From IMG/VR virus record IMGVR_UViG_3300042539_000942: 57,811 bases of DNA. One strand, written 5' to 3'. Every line of letters starts with the position of its first letter. Position 1 is the stretch's first letter. The translations under genes were made by a program, and so were the position numbers. The notes under the pieces are model-generated. The model made no database searches. It saw nothing but the letters and a program-made list of their open reading frames with translations, and was not told the DNA's origin. This DNA is from an uncultured virus (IMG/VR IMGVR_UViG_3300042539_000942). Lineage: Duplodnaviria; Heunggongvirae; Uroviricota; Caudoviricetes. This document shows, piece after piece, positions 17,940-25,910 of this stretch.

Positions 17940-18614
17940 ATGGCAAGAATCGACCTGCATAACTTCTTCAAATTCTATGATGAGAAGAACCCTAACCATG
18001 TAAAAGCAGTTCAATGGTTAGAAGACAATCTGCCAGTTAAGTATCTGGAAGATAACATTGATTGGGCAGAAATCTATAGAGGAAAAAAGACTAGTGCTGG
18101 ATCAGCCCCTGCTGCTCCAGCTGCTTCTGCATCTGCAGCGGGTGGTGATGATGTCCCAATGATGGGTATTAAGTTGATCAAAGAGTTTGAAGGATGTCAC
18201 TTGAAGGCATATCCTGACCCTCTCACTGGTGGTCTGCCAATCACTATTGGTTGGGGTTCTACCCGCAAGAAAGATGGATCGCCATTCAAACTTGGTGATA
18301 CAATCACCCAGCAAGAAGCAGATGATCTGCTAATCAGTCAGTGCAAGAACCAGTTTCTTCCTGCCCTTCGTAAAATCCCACACTGGAATGAAATGACAGA
18401 TGGTAAAAGAGGTGCTTTACTCAGTTTCGCATATAATTTGGGCGCTGGGTTTTATGGTGGTGATAATTTCAATACTATTACTAAACGCCTGAAGAATAAA
18501 GAGTGGGACTTAGTTCCCGATGCGCTTTATCTCTACAGAAATCCTGGTTCTAATGTAGAAGCAGGACTTGCTCGTAGAAGAAAAGCAGAAGGTGAATCTT
18601 GGAAAAAAGGTTAA
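17940..18614 (+). CDS. GH24 phage lysozyme (probable endolysin) with the same N-terminal domain
   Basis: IKEFEG...AYPD...TIGWGST catalytic motif, ALLSFAYNLG, GLARRRKAE. Confidence 0.9.
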   Translation: MARIDLHNFFKFYDEKNPNHVKAVQWLEDNLPVKYLEDNIDWAEIYRGKKTSAGSAPAAPAASASAAGGDDVPMMGIKLIKEFEGCHLKAYPDPLTGGLPITIGWGSTRKKDGSPFKLGDTITQQEADDLLISQCKNQFLPALRKIPHWNEMTDGKRGALLSFAYNLGAGFYGGDNFNTITKRLKNKEWDLVPDALYLYRNPGSNVEAGLARRRKAEGESWKKG

Positions 18615-18631
18615 CCTCACACTAAGGACAA

Positions 18632-18982
18632 ATGGAAAACAACAAAAGAGAAAAGTGTATGGGACAAGTTATTCGTATTGCTATCTTGAGTTGGTCTGCT
18701 GCTCTTCTGACTGCTAGCTATGCTGGTATGCTCGCTAAGATGGATCCTACCTTTATTGCTACTGTCTTCACAGCATCTGCTGCTACCTTTGGGATTAATA
18801 CTATGAAGAAAGGTGGTGATGAAGATGAGAAAAAGGAAGAACCAAAGAGAGAAGAGTTTGTAGAAGCACCACCAGAACCACCTGCTCCAGTGGTAACAAC
18901 TCTTGAAGAAAGAGTTGAGGCATTAGAAGAAAAGGTGGAAGATGGTGAGGGATTTGTACAACCTAGAACTGGTGGAGTCTAA
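18632..18982 (+). CDS. Two-TM membrane protein with an acidic tail (holin candidate)
   Basis: Hydrophobic IAILSWSAALLTASYAGML and FIATVFTASAATFGI; charged C-terminus; directly after the lysozyme. Confidence 0.5.
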   Translation: MENNKREKCMGQVIRIAILSWSAALLTASYAGMLAKMDPTFIATVFTASAATFGINTMKKGGDEDEKKEEPKREEFVEAPPEPPAPVVTTLEERVEALEEKVEDGEGFVQPRTGGV

Positions 18983-19095
18983 TGGCAAAGTCTGCAAACA
19001 AAGGCAAGAAAGGTTCTGCTGGAGGTAAGCAATCTAAGCAGAATCAAGGGAATGCAACTGCCAAGAAAGCAAAGAATGGTGGTAAGAAAAAGTGA
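18982..19095 (+). CDS. 37-aa Lys/Gly-rich basic peptide
   Basis: MAKSANKGKKGSAGGKQSKQNQGNATAKKAKNGGKKK; TAATG coupling, GGAG upstream. Confidence 0.55.
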   Translation: MAKSANKGKKGSAGGKQSKQNQGNATAKKAKNGGKKK

Positions 19096-19271
19096 TTGAA
19101 TTGATTGCATTTATGATTGTTGGTTATGCTGAGATTGGTCCTGGCAGTTGTCAAATTGATTATCTTCGTTACAATGACATACACTCAATTATAATCCCAT
19201 GCCGAGAGAATGGAACACTCCAAAGAGGGAGTGTTGGAATGCTCCCATCCATCAAATACTTAAAGCCATAG
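19092..19271 (+). CDS. 59-aa hypothetical protein (MIELIAFMIVGYAEIGPGSC...)
   Basis: GTGA overlap with the upstream stop; overlaps the next ORF by 73 nt. Confidence 0.4.
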   Translation: MIELIAFMIVGYAEIGPGSCQIDYLRYNDIHSIIIPCRENGTLQRGSVGMLPSIKYLKP

Positions 19272-19399
19272 ATAATCACACCCGTCTTTGGATGGAGACG
19301 GGTGATTTTTGGCATGAAGAACAAGCACAAATTCTTAGAGAATACGTTAAAGATTTAAAAGTCTGGATCCATAAACAAGAGGGATGGTGGAATGAGTAA
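19199..19399 (+). CDS. Hypothetical Trp-rich protein
   Basis: ORF track; MPREWNTPKRECWNAPIHQILKAIDNH. Confidence 0.6.
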   Translation: MPREWNTPKRECWNAPIHQILKAIDNHTRLWMETGDFWHEEQAQILREYVKDLKVWIHKQEGWWNE

Positions 19400-19544
19400 T
19401 TTACCTTGGGGAGTTATTACAATTCTTGGAACGGGTTTAGTACTTACTGCTTATATAATCTACTACATATTACGGTTAGCACATTTGGAGATGAAAGATG
19501 AAGAACCTAGCACTCATTCTGTCAGCGACGAGTCTGGCAATTAG
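19392..19544 (+). CDS. 50-aa single-pass membrane protein (MSNLPWGVITILGTGLVLTAYIIYYILRLA...)
   Basis: Hydrophobic helix; overlaps both neighbours in operon fashion. Confidence 0.5.
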   Translation: MSNLPWGVITILGTGLVLTAYIIYYILRLAHLEMKDEEPSTHSVSDESGN

Positions 19545-19707
19545 CGGAGCACTTGCTTATGGTGCTTATGTGACTTATCAAAAAGCACAGAAAATTCTAG
19601 ATAACCCAGAAGAGTTTGTTGGTGCTGTTGTAGAGAAACAGGTCAATAAAGCATTTGAAAAATTACCTATTCCTAAATTGAATGTTGAAAAATTTAAATT
19701 ATTTTGA
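19498..19707 (+). CDS. Single-pass membrane protein
   Basis: N-terminal LALILSATSLAISGALAYGAYV then an amphipathic/charged tail. Confidence 0.6.
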   Translation: MKNLALILSATSLAISGALAYGAYVTYQKAQKILDNPEEFVGAVVEKQVNKAFEKLPIPKLNVEKFKLF

Positions 19708-20373
19708 GTGAAACTTCTTGTACTGTTCTTTCTTTTGATTCTTCTGTTCTTTCTTAAGTAACTTGTTCACTTTTTTGAGAGAAGCAGTTTTCTCAAAGGC
19801 AAAATAAACCTGAAGTTCATAAGGGGTAAGATCTCTGTTCAAGAGTTTCTTACCCCTTACAAATATCTGTTGGACAATAGGTTTCATCTTACCTACCATC
19901 CATTCCACCAGAGATTTGCCAATAAGAGCCGCAGCAACAGAAGCAGTAGCAGTGGTGCCAGCAAGAATAACCTGCTCTTTAGGTGGGATTGGGACTTGTC
20001 CGACGAGGGGTACTTCAATGACGGGTACTCCTAGATTAGTTTTGGGGGCATCATCGGAAATAACCCGATTATCCTGCTTTTCTTGAACAGGAATTTGGAC
20101 TTGTGGTAATACAGGTTTAGCATCAGGAAGTCCTCTAGATTTTTCTTCCTTTTCTTCTTCTTTCTTTTTTTGTTCTGCTCTAACTGCAGCATCAAATTCT
20201 TCCTGTGTTGGAACATCAATCACTGGATACTTTATAGTTGTATCTGGTATGTTGATGATTGGCATATCAACTTGAGGTATTACAGTTTGTTCTGTTCTGC
20301 GAGTAACAGGAGGTTCTATCGTTGGAATGATAGGTGGTGGTTCACTTTTTATTTGTATTGGTTTGATTTCCAT
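19699..20373 (-). CDS. Pro-rich membrane-anchored hypothetical protein
   Basis: Pro/Ile-rich N-terminus, AGTTATASVAAALIG hydrophobic segment, basic C-terminus. Confidence 0.65.
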   Translation of the reverse strand: MEIKPIQIKSEPPPIIPTIEPPVTRRTEQTVIPQVDMPIINIPDTTIKYPVIDVPTQEEFDAAVRAEQKKKEEEKEEKSRGLPDAKPVLPQVQIPVQEKQDNRVISDDAPKTNLGVPVIEVPLVGQVPIPPKEQVILAGTTATASVAAALIGKSLVEWMVGKMKPIVQQIFVRGKKLLNRDLTPYELQVYFAFEKTASLKKVNKLLKKEQKNQKKEQYKKFHSK

Positions 20374-20953
20374 TTGCTAAATCCTGTACTCGGGGGTATC
20401 TCACAACGATGTCAGCACAAATTTTTGCATAAGGACTTTCTGGGTGAAATGTAATACCAGACTTGATTGCTTCTCCACACTTCAAAAGTCTCACCAGTTC
20501 AAAGTCAAGTCTTGCCTTATCTGCCTCTGCTTGTTGTCTTGAAATCTCTACACGAGCTCTTGCTTTGCAAAGTTCCTGTAATGATCCATCAAGAGGAAAA
20601 TTAAATCCTAAAGAGATACCAGCATTTCCACTGTATGTTTGGAATGACTGTGGATCTTGACTTGCATTCGTGTTTCCCAATACAAATGGTGCAACGCTCA
20701 TTGTTGGTCCTTGACAAGAAACTCCACCACCATAAGTATTCAAAGCATAAGGACCCTGAAGCACCTGAACTGCCTGGTTAGTTACGTTACCAGTCGCAGA
20801 TGCTGAGGGTCCTGCAATATTTGTATTGCTTGGTGCTTGCTGTGCTTTACCTCTTGTGGAACCTACAAGTGATAATAGTAATATTCCTGTTACTGTGTAA
20901 AGACAGATATTGAGTTTGTTACTGAATCTTCTGTTGTTTTTCTGTCTATCCAT
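20342..20953 (-). CDS. Exported Cys-containing hypothetical protein
   Basis: Signal-like segment, GGGVSCQGPT, FNFPLDG, helical C-half with three further Cys; exact start uncertain. Confidence 0.65.
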   Translation of the reverse strand: MDRQKNNRRFSNKLNICLYTVTGILLLSLVGSTRGKAQQAPSNTNIAGPSASATGNVTNQAVQVLQGPYALNTYGGGVSCQGPTMSVAPFVLGNTNASQDPQSFQTYSGNAGISLGFNFPLDGSLQELCKARARVEISRQQAEADKARLDFELVRLLKCGEAIKSGITFHPESPYAKICADIVVRYPRVQDLANGNQTNTNKK

Positions 20954-21252
20954 GTTTCCTTTGCCACTCCAGGAGTCAGATAAGTCTCACTAAATTGGAA
21001 TGGAGCACCTTGAGTTTGAATTGTGTAATTCATACCAGGAGCAGGAGTTCCTGGTATATTGATGTTGGTGCCAGTAACTGTGTAAGATGTTCCAGTAGTG
21101 TATTCTATTTGCCTGATAGTTTCAATAACTTCAGTGCGTGTTTTTGTTTCTGAGGTAATGGTCCCACTGGTGAAGTTGGGAGTTACGGGTCCAGCGTATG
21201 AAGGACTTATAACTCCCAGAACTGTAAGCAGTCCGAGAGTTATGTGTCTCAC
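20890..21252 (-). CDS. Exported Thr-rich hypothetical protein
   Basis: GTG start overlapping the upstream TGA; signal peptide ending SYA; beta-strand-rich mature part. Confidence 0.65.
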   Translation of the reverse strand: MRHITLGLLTVLGVISPSYAGPVTPNFTSGTITSETKTRTEVIETIRQIEYTTGTSYTVTGTNINIPGTPAPGMNYTIQTQGAPFQFSETYLTPGVAKETWIDRKTTEDSVTNSISVFTQ

Positions 21253-21710
21253 TTAAATACGCTCAGTTCAATACTACGTTGTGCGGTTGCAGTTGATCCA
21301 GGACCACCAGCAGTGACGGTAGGAACTCCAGTTCCGCTTAAAGTGCCCGCAAGAGAACCTGCAGAACCACCTAACTGAGTAGTAGAGTTGCCATAAAGGT
21401 TGGGAGAAGCAATTGTTCCAGAAGCTGCCGACTGAGAGGTAACATCAACATCTGCAGTAATTGATGTTTCAGAGAAACTAAATGCTTGTCCGTTTGTATT
21501 AATATCATAAGAACCTGCGCCACTAACTCCTCCAAGAGTAGTGACGTTAATATTTGTGCCTGAAACAGCGTAGGAAGCTCCTACTCTTTCTGATTGTACC
21601 GCTGCACCCTGAACGCTTAATTGAATTGAGTCAGTGATTTTTGATGTGATTTCACCAGCAAAAGCAGGAGTAGTGATGAATAACGAAAAGGCTAAGAGAA
21701 GTCTTTTCAT
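21249..21710 (-). CDS. Exported Gly/Ser/Thr-rich hypothetical protein
   Basis: ATG at 21710 gives MKRLLLAFSLFITTPAFA signal peptide; the ORF-track start at 21797 lies in the promoter region. Confidence 0.7.
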   Translation of the reverse strand: MKRLLLAFSLFITTPAFAGEITSKITDSIQLSVQGAAVQSERVGASYAVSGTNINVTTLGGVSGAGSYDINTNGQAFSFSETSITADVDVTSQSAASGTIASPNLYGNSTTQLGGSAGSLAGTLSGTGVPTVTAGGPGSTATAQRSIELSVFK

Positions 21711-21736
21711 TTTTCGTTTTAAATTAACACTGAAAT

Positions 21737-21744
21737 TATTTATC
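21737..21744 (-). promoter_or_regulatory. Late promoter driving the minus-strand exported-protein operon
   Basis: GATAAATA on the minus strand, 26 nt upstream of ATG 21710. Confidence 0.65.
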
Positions 21745-21754
21745 AAATCAAGAC

Positions 21755-21792
21755 TTGACAAAGTTGATAAGGGGTAGTATGATAAATAGGTA
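21755..21792 (+). promoter_or_regulatory. psbA sigma70 promoter overlapped by a late promoter
   Basis: TTGACA (21755-60), 17 nt, TATGAT (21778-83); GATAAATA at 21781-88. Confidence 0.8.
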
Positions 21793-21831
21793 AACAAATG
21801 TTATGAAATTCACATAATTCTTAACATTGTT

Positions 21832-21930
21832 CCTCTTTCAACCGAGACCTATGGAGAGGTTAAACACGTCTCTCATACCCACAATGGAGGGTGTTGTGGG
21901 AAATACTGTAACCATCCAGTCCCCCCTGGA
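21832..21930 (+). ncRNA. Structured psbA 5' UTR, probably the PhotoRC-II cis-regulatory RNA motif
   Basis: cctct/agagg stem crossed by gagac/gtctc (pseudoknot), cccacaat/gttgtggg and tccag/ctgga hairpins. Family name assigned from location and recalled description, not from an Rfam search. Confidence 0.6.
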
Positions 21931-21952
21931 CTTTTACTTACCCTTTTAAAAA

Positions 21953-23237
21953 ATGACTGCTACTATTGCTTCACGCCGTTCTGGCGCAAATGCTTGGGAA
22001 CAATTCTGTTCCTGGGTAACTTCAACCGATAATCGTCTTTATGTCGGTTGGTTCGGAGTTCTGATGATTCCAACGTTGCTTGCTGCAACCACTTGTTTCA
22101 TCATCGCATTTATCGGTGCTCCCCCTGTGGACATTGATGGTATTCGTGAACCTGTTGCTGGTTCTCTGATGTATGGCAACAACATCATCTCTGGCGCTGT
22201 TGTTCCTTCTAGCAACGCTATCGGTCTTCACTTTTACCCTATCTGGGAAGCTGCTTCCCTAGATGAGTGGCTTTACAACGGTGGTCCTTTCCAACTGGTT
22301 GTGTTCCACTTCCTGATTGGTATCTACGCTTACATGGGTCGTGAGTGGGAACTCTCCTACCGCCTGGGTATGCGTCCTTGGATTATGGTTGCTTACAGCG
22401 CACCTGTTGCTGCTGCATCCGCAGTATTCCTGGTCTATCCTTTCGGTCAAGGTTCTTTCTCTGATGCGATGCCCCTGGGTATCTCTGGTACTTTTAACTA
22501 CATGCTTGTGTTCCAGGCAGAGCACAACATTCTGATGCACCCCTTCCACATGCTTGGAGTTGCTGGTGTCTTCGGTGGTTCTCTGTTTAGTGCAATGCAC
22601 GGTTCGCTGGTTACTTCCTCGCTGGTTCGTGAAACCACTGAGAATGAGTCACAGAACTATGGTTACAAGTTCGGTCAAGAAGAAGAGACCTACAACATTG
22701 TTGCTGCTCATGGATACTTCGGTCGTCTGATCTTCCAGTATGCATCGTTCAATAACTCTCGTTCACTTCACTTCTTCCTCGCTGCTTGGCCTGTTGTAGG
22801 TATTTGGTTCACCGCTCTTGGTGTTTCCACGATGGCCTTCAACCTCAACGGCTTCAACTTTAACCAGTCGATTGTTGATAGTTCTAATCGTGTCATTCCT
22901 ACTTGGGCAGACATTCTGAATCGTGGTGGACTGGGCATGGAAGTGATGCATGAGCGTTTTGTGTCCGCATGGCGCTCGTTAAATCGGATGAATTGCTGGA
23001 ACTCTCTTGTAGACAATCAGCAGCCAAGCCTTGCAAGCGTGTAAGGAAGGTTCAGAGACTAGGCGGTGGATGACGCTTCATCCGTAATACGCCAATAGCG
23101 TCCGACACCAGAAATGGTGATGATATAGTCCTTGCCCCTGGCGACAGTGGGATTTCAAGAATGCACACAACTTTCCTTTGGATCTAGCATCAGTTGAAGC
23201 AACACCAGTTGCCTTGACTGCTCCTACCATCGGATGA
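21953..23237 (+). CDS. psbA: Photosystem II D1 protein, 360 aa after splicing; join(21953..22957,23160..23237)
   Basis: Canonical D1 sequence ([40 protein letters not shown]) to ...MEVMHER, resuming [25 protein letters not shown]; Gln at the D1-130-equivalent site (GPFQLVV). Confidence 0.97.
22958..23159 (+). mobile_element. Group I self-splicing intron (202 nt, ORF-less) in psbA between the HER and NAH codons
   Basis: 5' exon ends in U and intron ends in G; P1 gagcgt/gcgctc with U-G; P aattgctggaa, Q aatcagcagc, R ttcagagacta, S gatatagtcc; P3 tcggatg/cgtccga; P8 cacca-gaaa-tggtg. Confidence 0.95.
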
Positions 23238-23243
23238 TATAAT

Positions 23244-23272
23244 AAAGGGGAACTCTTTAGAGTTCCTTTTTT
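23244..23272 (+). terminator. Intrinsic terminator after psbA
   Basis: ggaactc-ttta-gagttcc with flanking A-run and U-run. Confidence 0.8.
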
Positions 23273-23280
23273 TATAAATA
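23273..23280 (+). promoter_or_regulatory. T4 late promoter for the homing endonuclease
   Basis: Exact TATAAATA 23 nt upstream of ATG 23304. Confidence 0.8.
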
Positions 23281-23303
23281 ATTATGCACGAAAGAAAACA
23301 CGA

Positions 23304-23732
23304 ATGACTAAACTTTACTCCGAACTTTATAGAACTTGTATGACTTGTGGTAAGGAAAAACTTGCTACGGATTTTTATGTAAGGAATAAAGTGAATATGG
23401 TTCGACATTCATCTTGCAAAGAATGTGATAAAGCAAGAGTTAAAAAAAGACATCAAGATAATCCAGAACGCACCAAGAATAATGATTTAAAGAGAAATTA
23501 TGGTATAACTCTTCAAGAACATCAACAGATGTTTGAAGAACAAAAAGGTGTTTGTGCTATTTGCAAAGGTGAAGGTGATGGTAAATGGAAGAAACTTTGT
23601 GTAGACCACGATCATAAGAATGGAAAAGTTCGTCAGTTGCTTTGTAGAAATTGTAATATGGTATTAGGTCAAGTTGGAGATAATATAAATCTCATGGAGG
23701 AAATGATTAAATACCTACAGAAGCACCAATGA
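23304..23732 (+). CDS. Free-standing EndoVII-family (His-Me finger) homing endonuclease, F-CphI-like
   Basis: N-terminal CxxC...CxxC, YGIT, CAIC, LCVDHDH...GKVRQLLCRNCN; directly downstream of intron-bearing psbA. Confidence 0.85.
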   Translation: MTKLYSELYRTCMTCGKEKLATDFYVRNKVNMVRHSSCKECDKARVKKRHQDNPERTKNNDLKRNYGITLQEHQQMFEEQKGVCAICKGEGDGKWKKLCVDHDHKNGKVRQLLCRNCNMVLGQVGDNINLMEEMIKYLQKHQ

Positions 23733-23809
23733 CCTTCCTTCATATCCTCCTCCTCTTCCAACTCTTTGGAATCTTTATGTTTATATTGTCCGTCACACAA
23801 GATCTATGA
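23729..23809 (+). CDS. 26-aa hydrophobic peptide MTFLHILLLFQLFGIFMFILSVTQDL
   Basis: ATGA overlaps at both ends. Confidence 0.5.
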   Translation: MTFLHILLLFQLFGIFMFILSVTQDL

Positions 23810-24360
23810 AACGTAGTATTTTAATTGCACTTTTATTTCTATCATTCGTTCCATTAAAGTCTCAAAATAAAACTCTGAGTAACTATGGTGTGAAGGATAG
23901 AACAATCACACCGACACTGATAAGTAATACTGTTTCCAACATTCCACTTACACAGGAGATGAGTTATAAGAAACTGGAAACTCTGGTGCCTTACATTAAG
24001 AGAGCAAGTCAGCAGTTTAACATTCCAGAAAATGTGATTGCAGCAGTGCTTTATGAAGAGATACTTCATCGTAAACCAGTGGATGTAAAGACCTTTGGAG
24101 TTGCTCAACTGGGCATCAATGAACTTGTTAGGCAAGGACTTCCGCCAAAGCAACAACTATTGGAAGACGATGAAGTGTCTGTATGGTTACTTGCAAGTAA
24201 ACTTCGTCGTTTACAAAACGAAACTGGTTCTCTGAAAGATGCTATTATACTTCATAATGGTTATTATGATTACTATGACTCTGTGAGAAAGACTGCAAAG
24301 AATGATAAAATTATGATGATGTTGGATCAAGAAAGAAAAAGAAAAATGCTATTTGTCTGA
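23806..24360 (+). CDS. Exported lysozyme-fold/lytic-transglycosylase-like protein
   Basis: Signal-like N-terminus; ASQQFNIPENVIAAVLYEE, FGVAQL and AIILHNG resemble SLT motifs. Confidence 0.55.
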   Translation: MKRSILIALLFLSFVPLKSQNKTLSNYGVKDRTITPTLISNTVSNIPLTQEMSYKKLETLVPYIKRASQQFNIPENVIAAVLYEEILHRKPVDVKTFGVAQLGINELVRQGLPPKQQLLEDDEVSVWLLASKLRRLQNETGSLKDAIILHNGYYDYYDSVRKTAKNDKIMMMLDQERKRKMLFV

Positions 24361-25532
24361 TGATTAGTTCAGAAACACCTTATAAACTTGCAGAAATTAT
24401 TAGAGATACTTGGCCTGGTCTTTACAATCAACCTCTAAATAAGAAAGTTGTGAATAATAAAATGGATTATCCAAGAATTAGATCAAACTTTCAAATATTA
24501 AATAAATTTCTTGTTGAATTGCAAACTAACATGAATTCTGCAATTCCTGAGATCTATTTGAAACTTGAAGAGGCAGATAATCAGGAGGTGGGGCAGGGAT
24601 TTATCTCTGACCTTTTCTGGAGTGCATTCAATTTAATCACAACAATCGAAACACTTGAAGGAAAAGAAGTAATTGCTTGGTTCTTGGGTGCCATTGTTCA
24701 AGATGTTCATGACCACATTGATCAGTATCCAAATTTGAATGGTGAGATTGCTAGTTTATATAACAGAATGACAACCACTATCACCTATTTAAAGGATGAT
24801 AAGATTTCACCAGTTGTAGATAATCCAGAAGCACATTTAGATGATACTTACACTTACAATGGTAAGACGATGAAAGTATCAGAGTTTAACAACTTTGATT
24901 TTGTTTATGCGTCAAGTGGTTATAATCTTGCTCTCAATGCAGTCAGTAAAGAATGTAAGTCACAAGCACTTAAAAAGTGTTTTCCATATTGGAAGTGGAA
25001 GATTGGATTCTGGTTTGCAGAAAATCCACAAACAAATCCTTGCGACCAGTGCAATTGGGGATGTGATGATTGGGCTGATGTTAGAGAACTTTATGAAGAT
25101 ATGAATCAACCAATCTTTGACGGTCAAGGAAATAAGATTGCCAATGACATCTATGATTGGGTGAAGCAACTTTATAAAAATGCACCAGCACGATTCTATG
25201 TGATTGAACCAATGTCAGCACCAAATGTTAGAATTGGCAATTATGAAGATGATTATAAGACCAAATATCCAAACGGTGCATTCATTAATGAGTATTGTCT
25301 TGTTTGGGGTAGAGATGATTTCTTAAAAGATTGGAAGGACTTTCCAGATGATGTAGCAACATGGATGTTTGATGATGTGAATCCAGATGGATTTGTAGAT
25401 CGTAATGACTTCTATTATAATTCTGGTCTTGATGCAGCAAACTGCATGTATAAGAGACAATATCCACCCGATCCAAATACAAGTTACTTTTCTGAGTTAA
25501 TAAAAAGAATCAAAAAGTTATTTTCTAAATAA
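24360..25532 (+). CDS. Hypothetical protein (390 aa; possible internal start at ATG 24462)
   Basis: Long ORF; CTAAATA box at 24435-41 before the internal ATG. Confidence 0.65.
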   Translation: MISSETPYKLAEIIRDTWPGLYNQPLNKKVVNNKMDYPRIRSNFQILNKFLVELQTNMNSAIPEIYLKLEEADNQEVGQGFISDLFWSAFNLITTIETLEGKEVIAWFLGAIVQDVHDHIDQYPNLNGEIASLYNRMTTTITYLKDDKISPVVDNPEAHLDDTYTYNGKTMKVSEFNNFDFVYASSGYNLALNAVSKECKSQALKKCFPYWKWKIGFWFAENPQTNPCDQCNWGCDDWADVRELYEDMNQPIFDGQGNKIANDIYDWVKQLYKNAPARFYVIEPMSAPNVRIGNYEDDYKTKYPNGAFINEYCLVWGRDDFLKDWKDFPDDVATWMFDDVNPDGFVDRNDFYYNSGLDAANCMYKRQYPPDPNTSYFSELIKRIKKLFSK

Positions 25533-25559
25533 CTACTTAATCTAGTTTTATCGTATGAA

Positions 25560-25910
25560 ATGATACAGGACATATTGGGTGTACATCACATTGCAGAATT
25601 GTGTGAATGTAATTCGGATCTTTTAAATAATTCTGAACACATCAGCAATGCTTTGAGGGAGGCAGTTGAAGTTGCAAATGCAACACTGTTGGAAGAAGTT
25701 AAGTATGAATTTACTCCACAAGGAATTACTGCTGTTTGTTTATTATCTGAAAGCCACATTAGCATTCACACTTGGCCTGAGAAAAGATATGCTGCCGTAG
25801 ATATTTTTACGTGTGGAGATCACACAATGCCAGATAAAGCTTGCCAACATCTGGTAAATGCATTACAATGTAACAAAAGCAACATCACAGTTCTAAAACG
25901 AGGAGTATGA
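25560..25910 (+). CDS. speD: S-adenosylmethionine decarboxylase proenzyme
   Basis: FTPQGITAVCLLSE/SHISIHTWPE autocleavage motif, AAVDIFTCG. Confidence 0.92.
   Translation: MIQDILGVHHIAELCECNSDLLNNSEHISNALREAVEVANATLLEEVKYEFTPQGITAVCLLSESHISIHTWPEKRYAAVDIFTCGDHTMPDKACQHLVNALQCNKSNITVLKRGV

Noticed and set aside
19699..21710. Curli (csg) operon identity for the exported-protein cluster
   Set aside because: No CsgG lipoprotein, CsgF NPxFGG motif or curlin repeats are visible.
22958..23044. ORF-track D1 C-terminus [16 protein letters not shown]..., suggesting a truncated or pseudogene psbA
   Set aside because: It is read-through into the group I intron; the true [10 protein letters not shown] end resumes at 23160.
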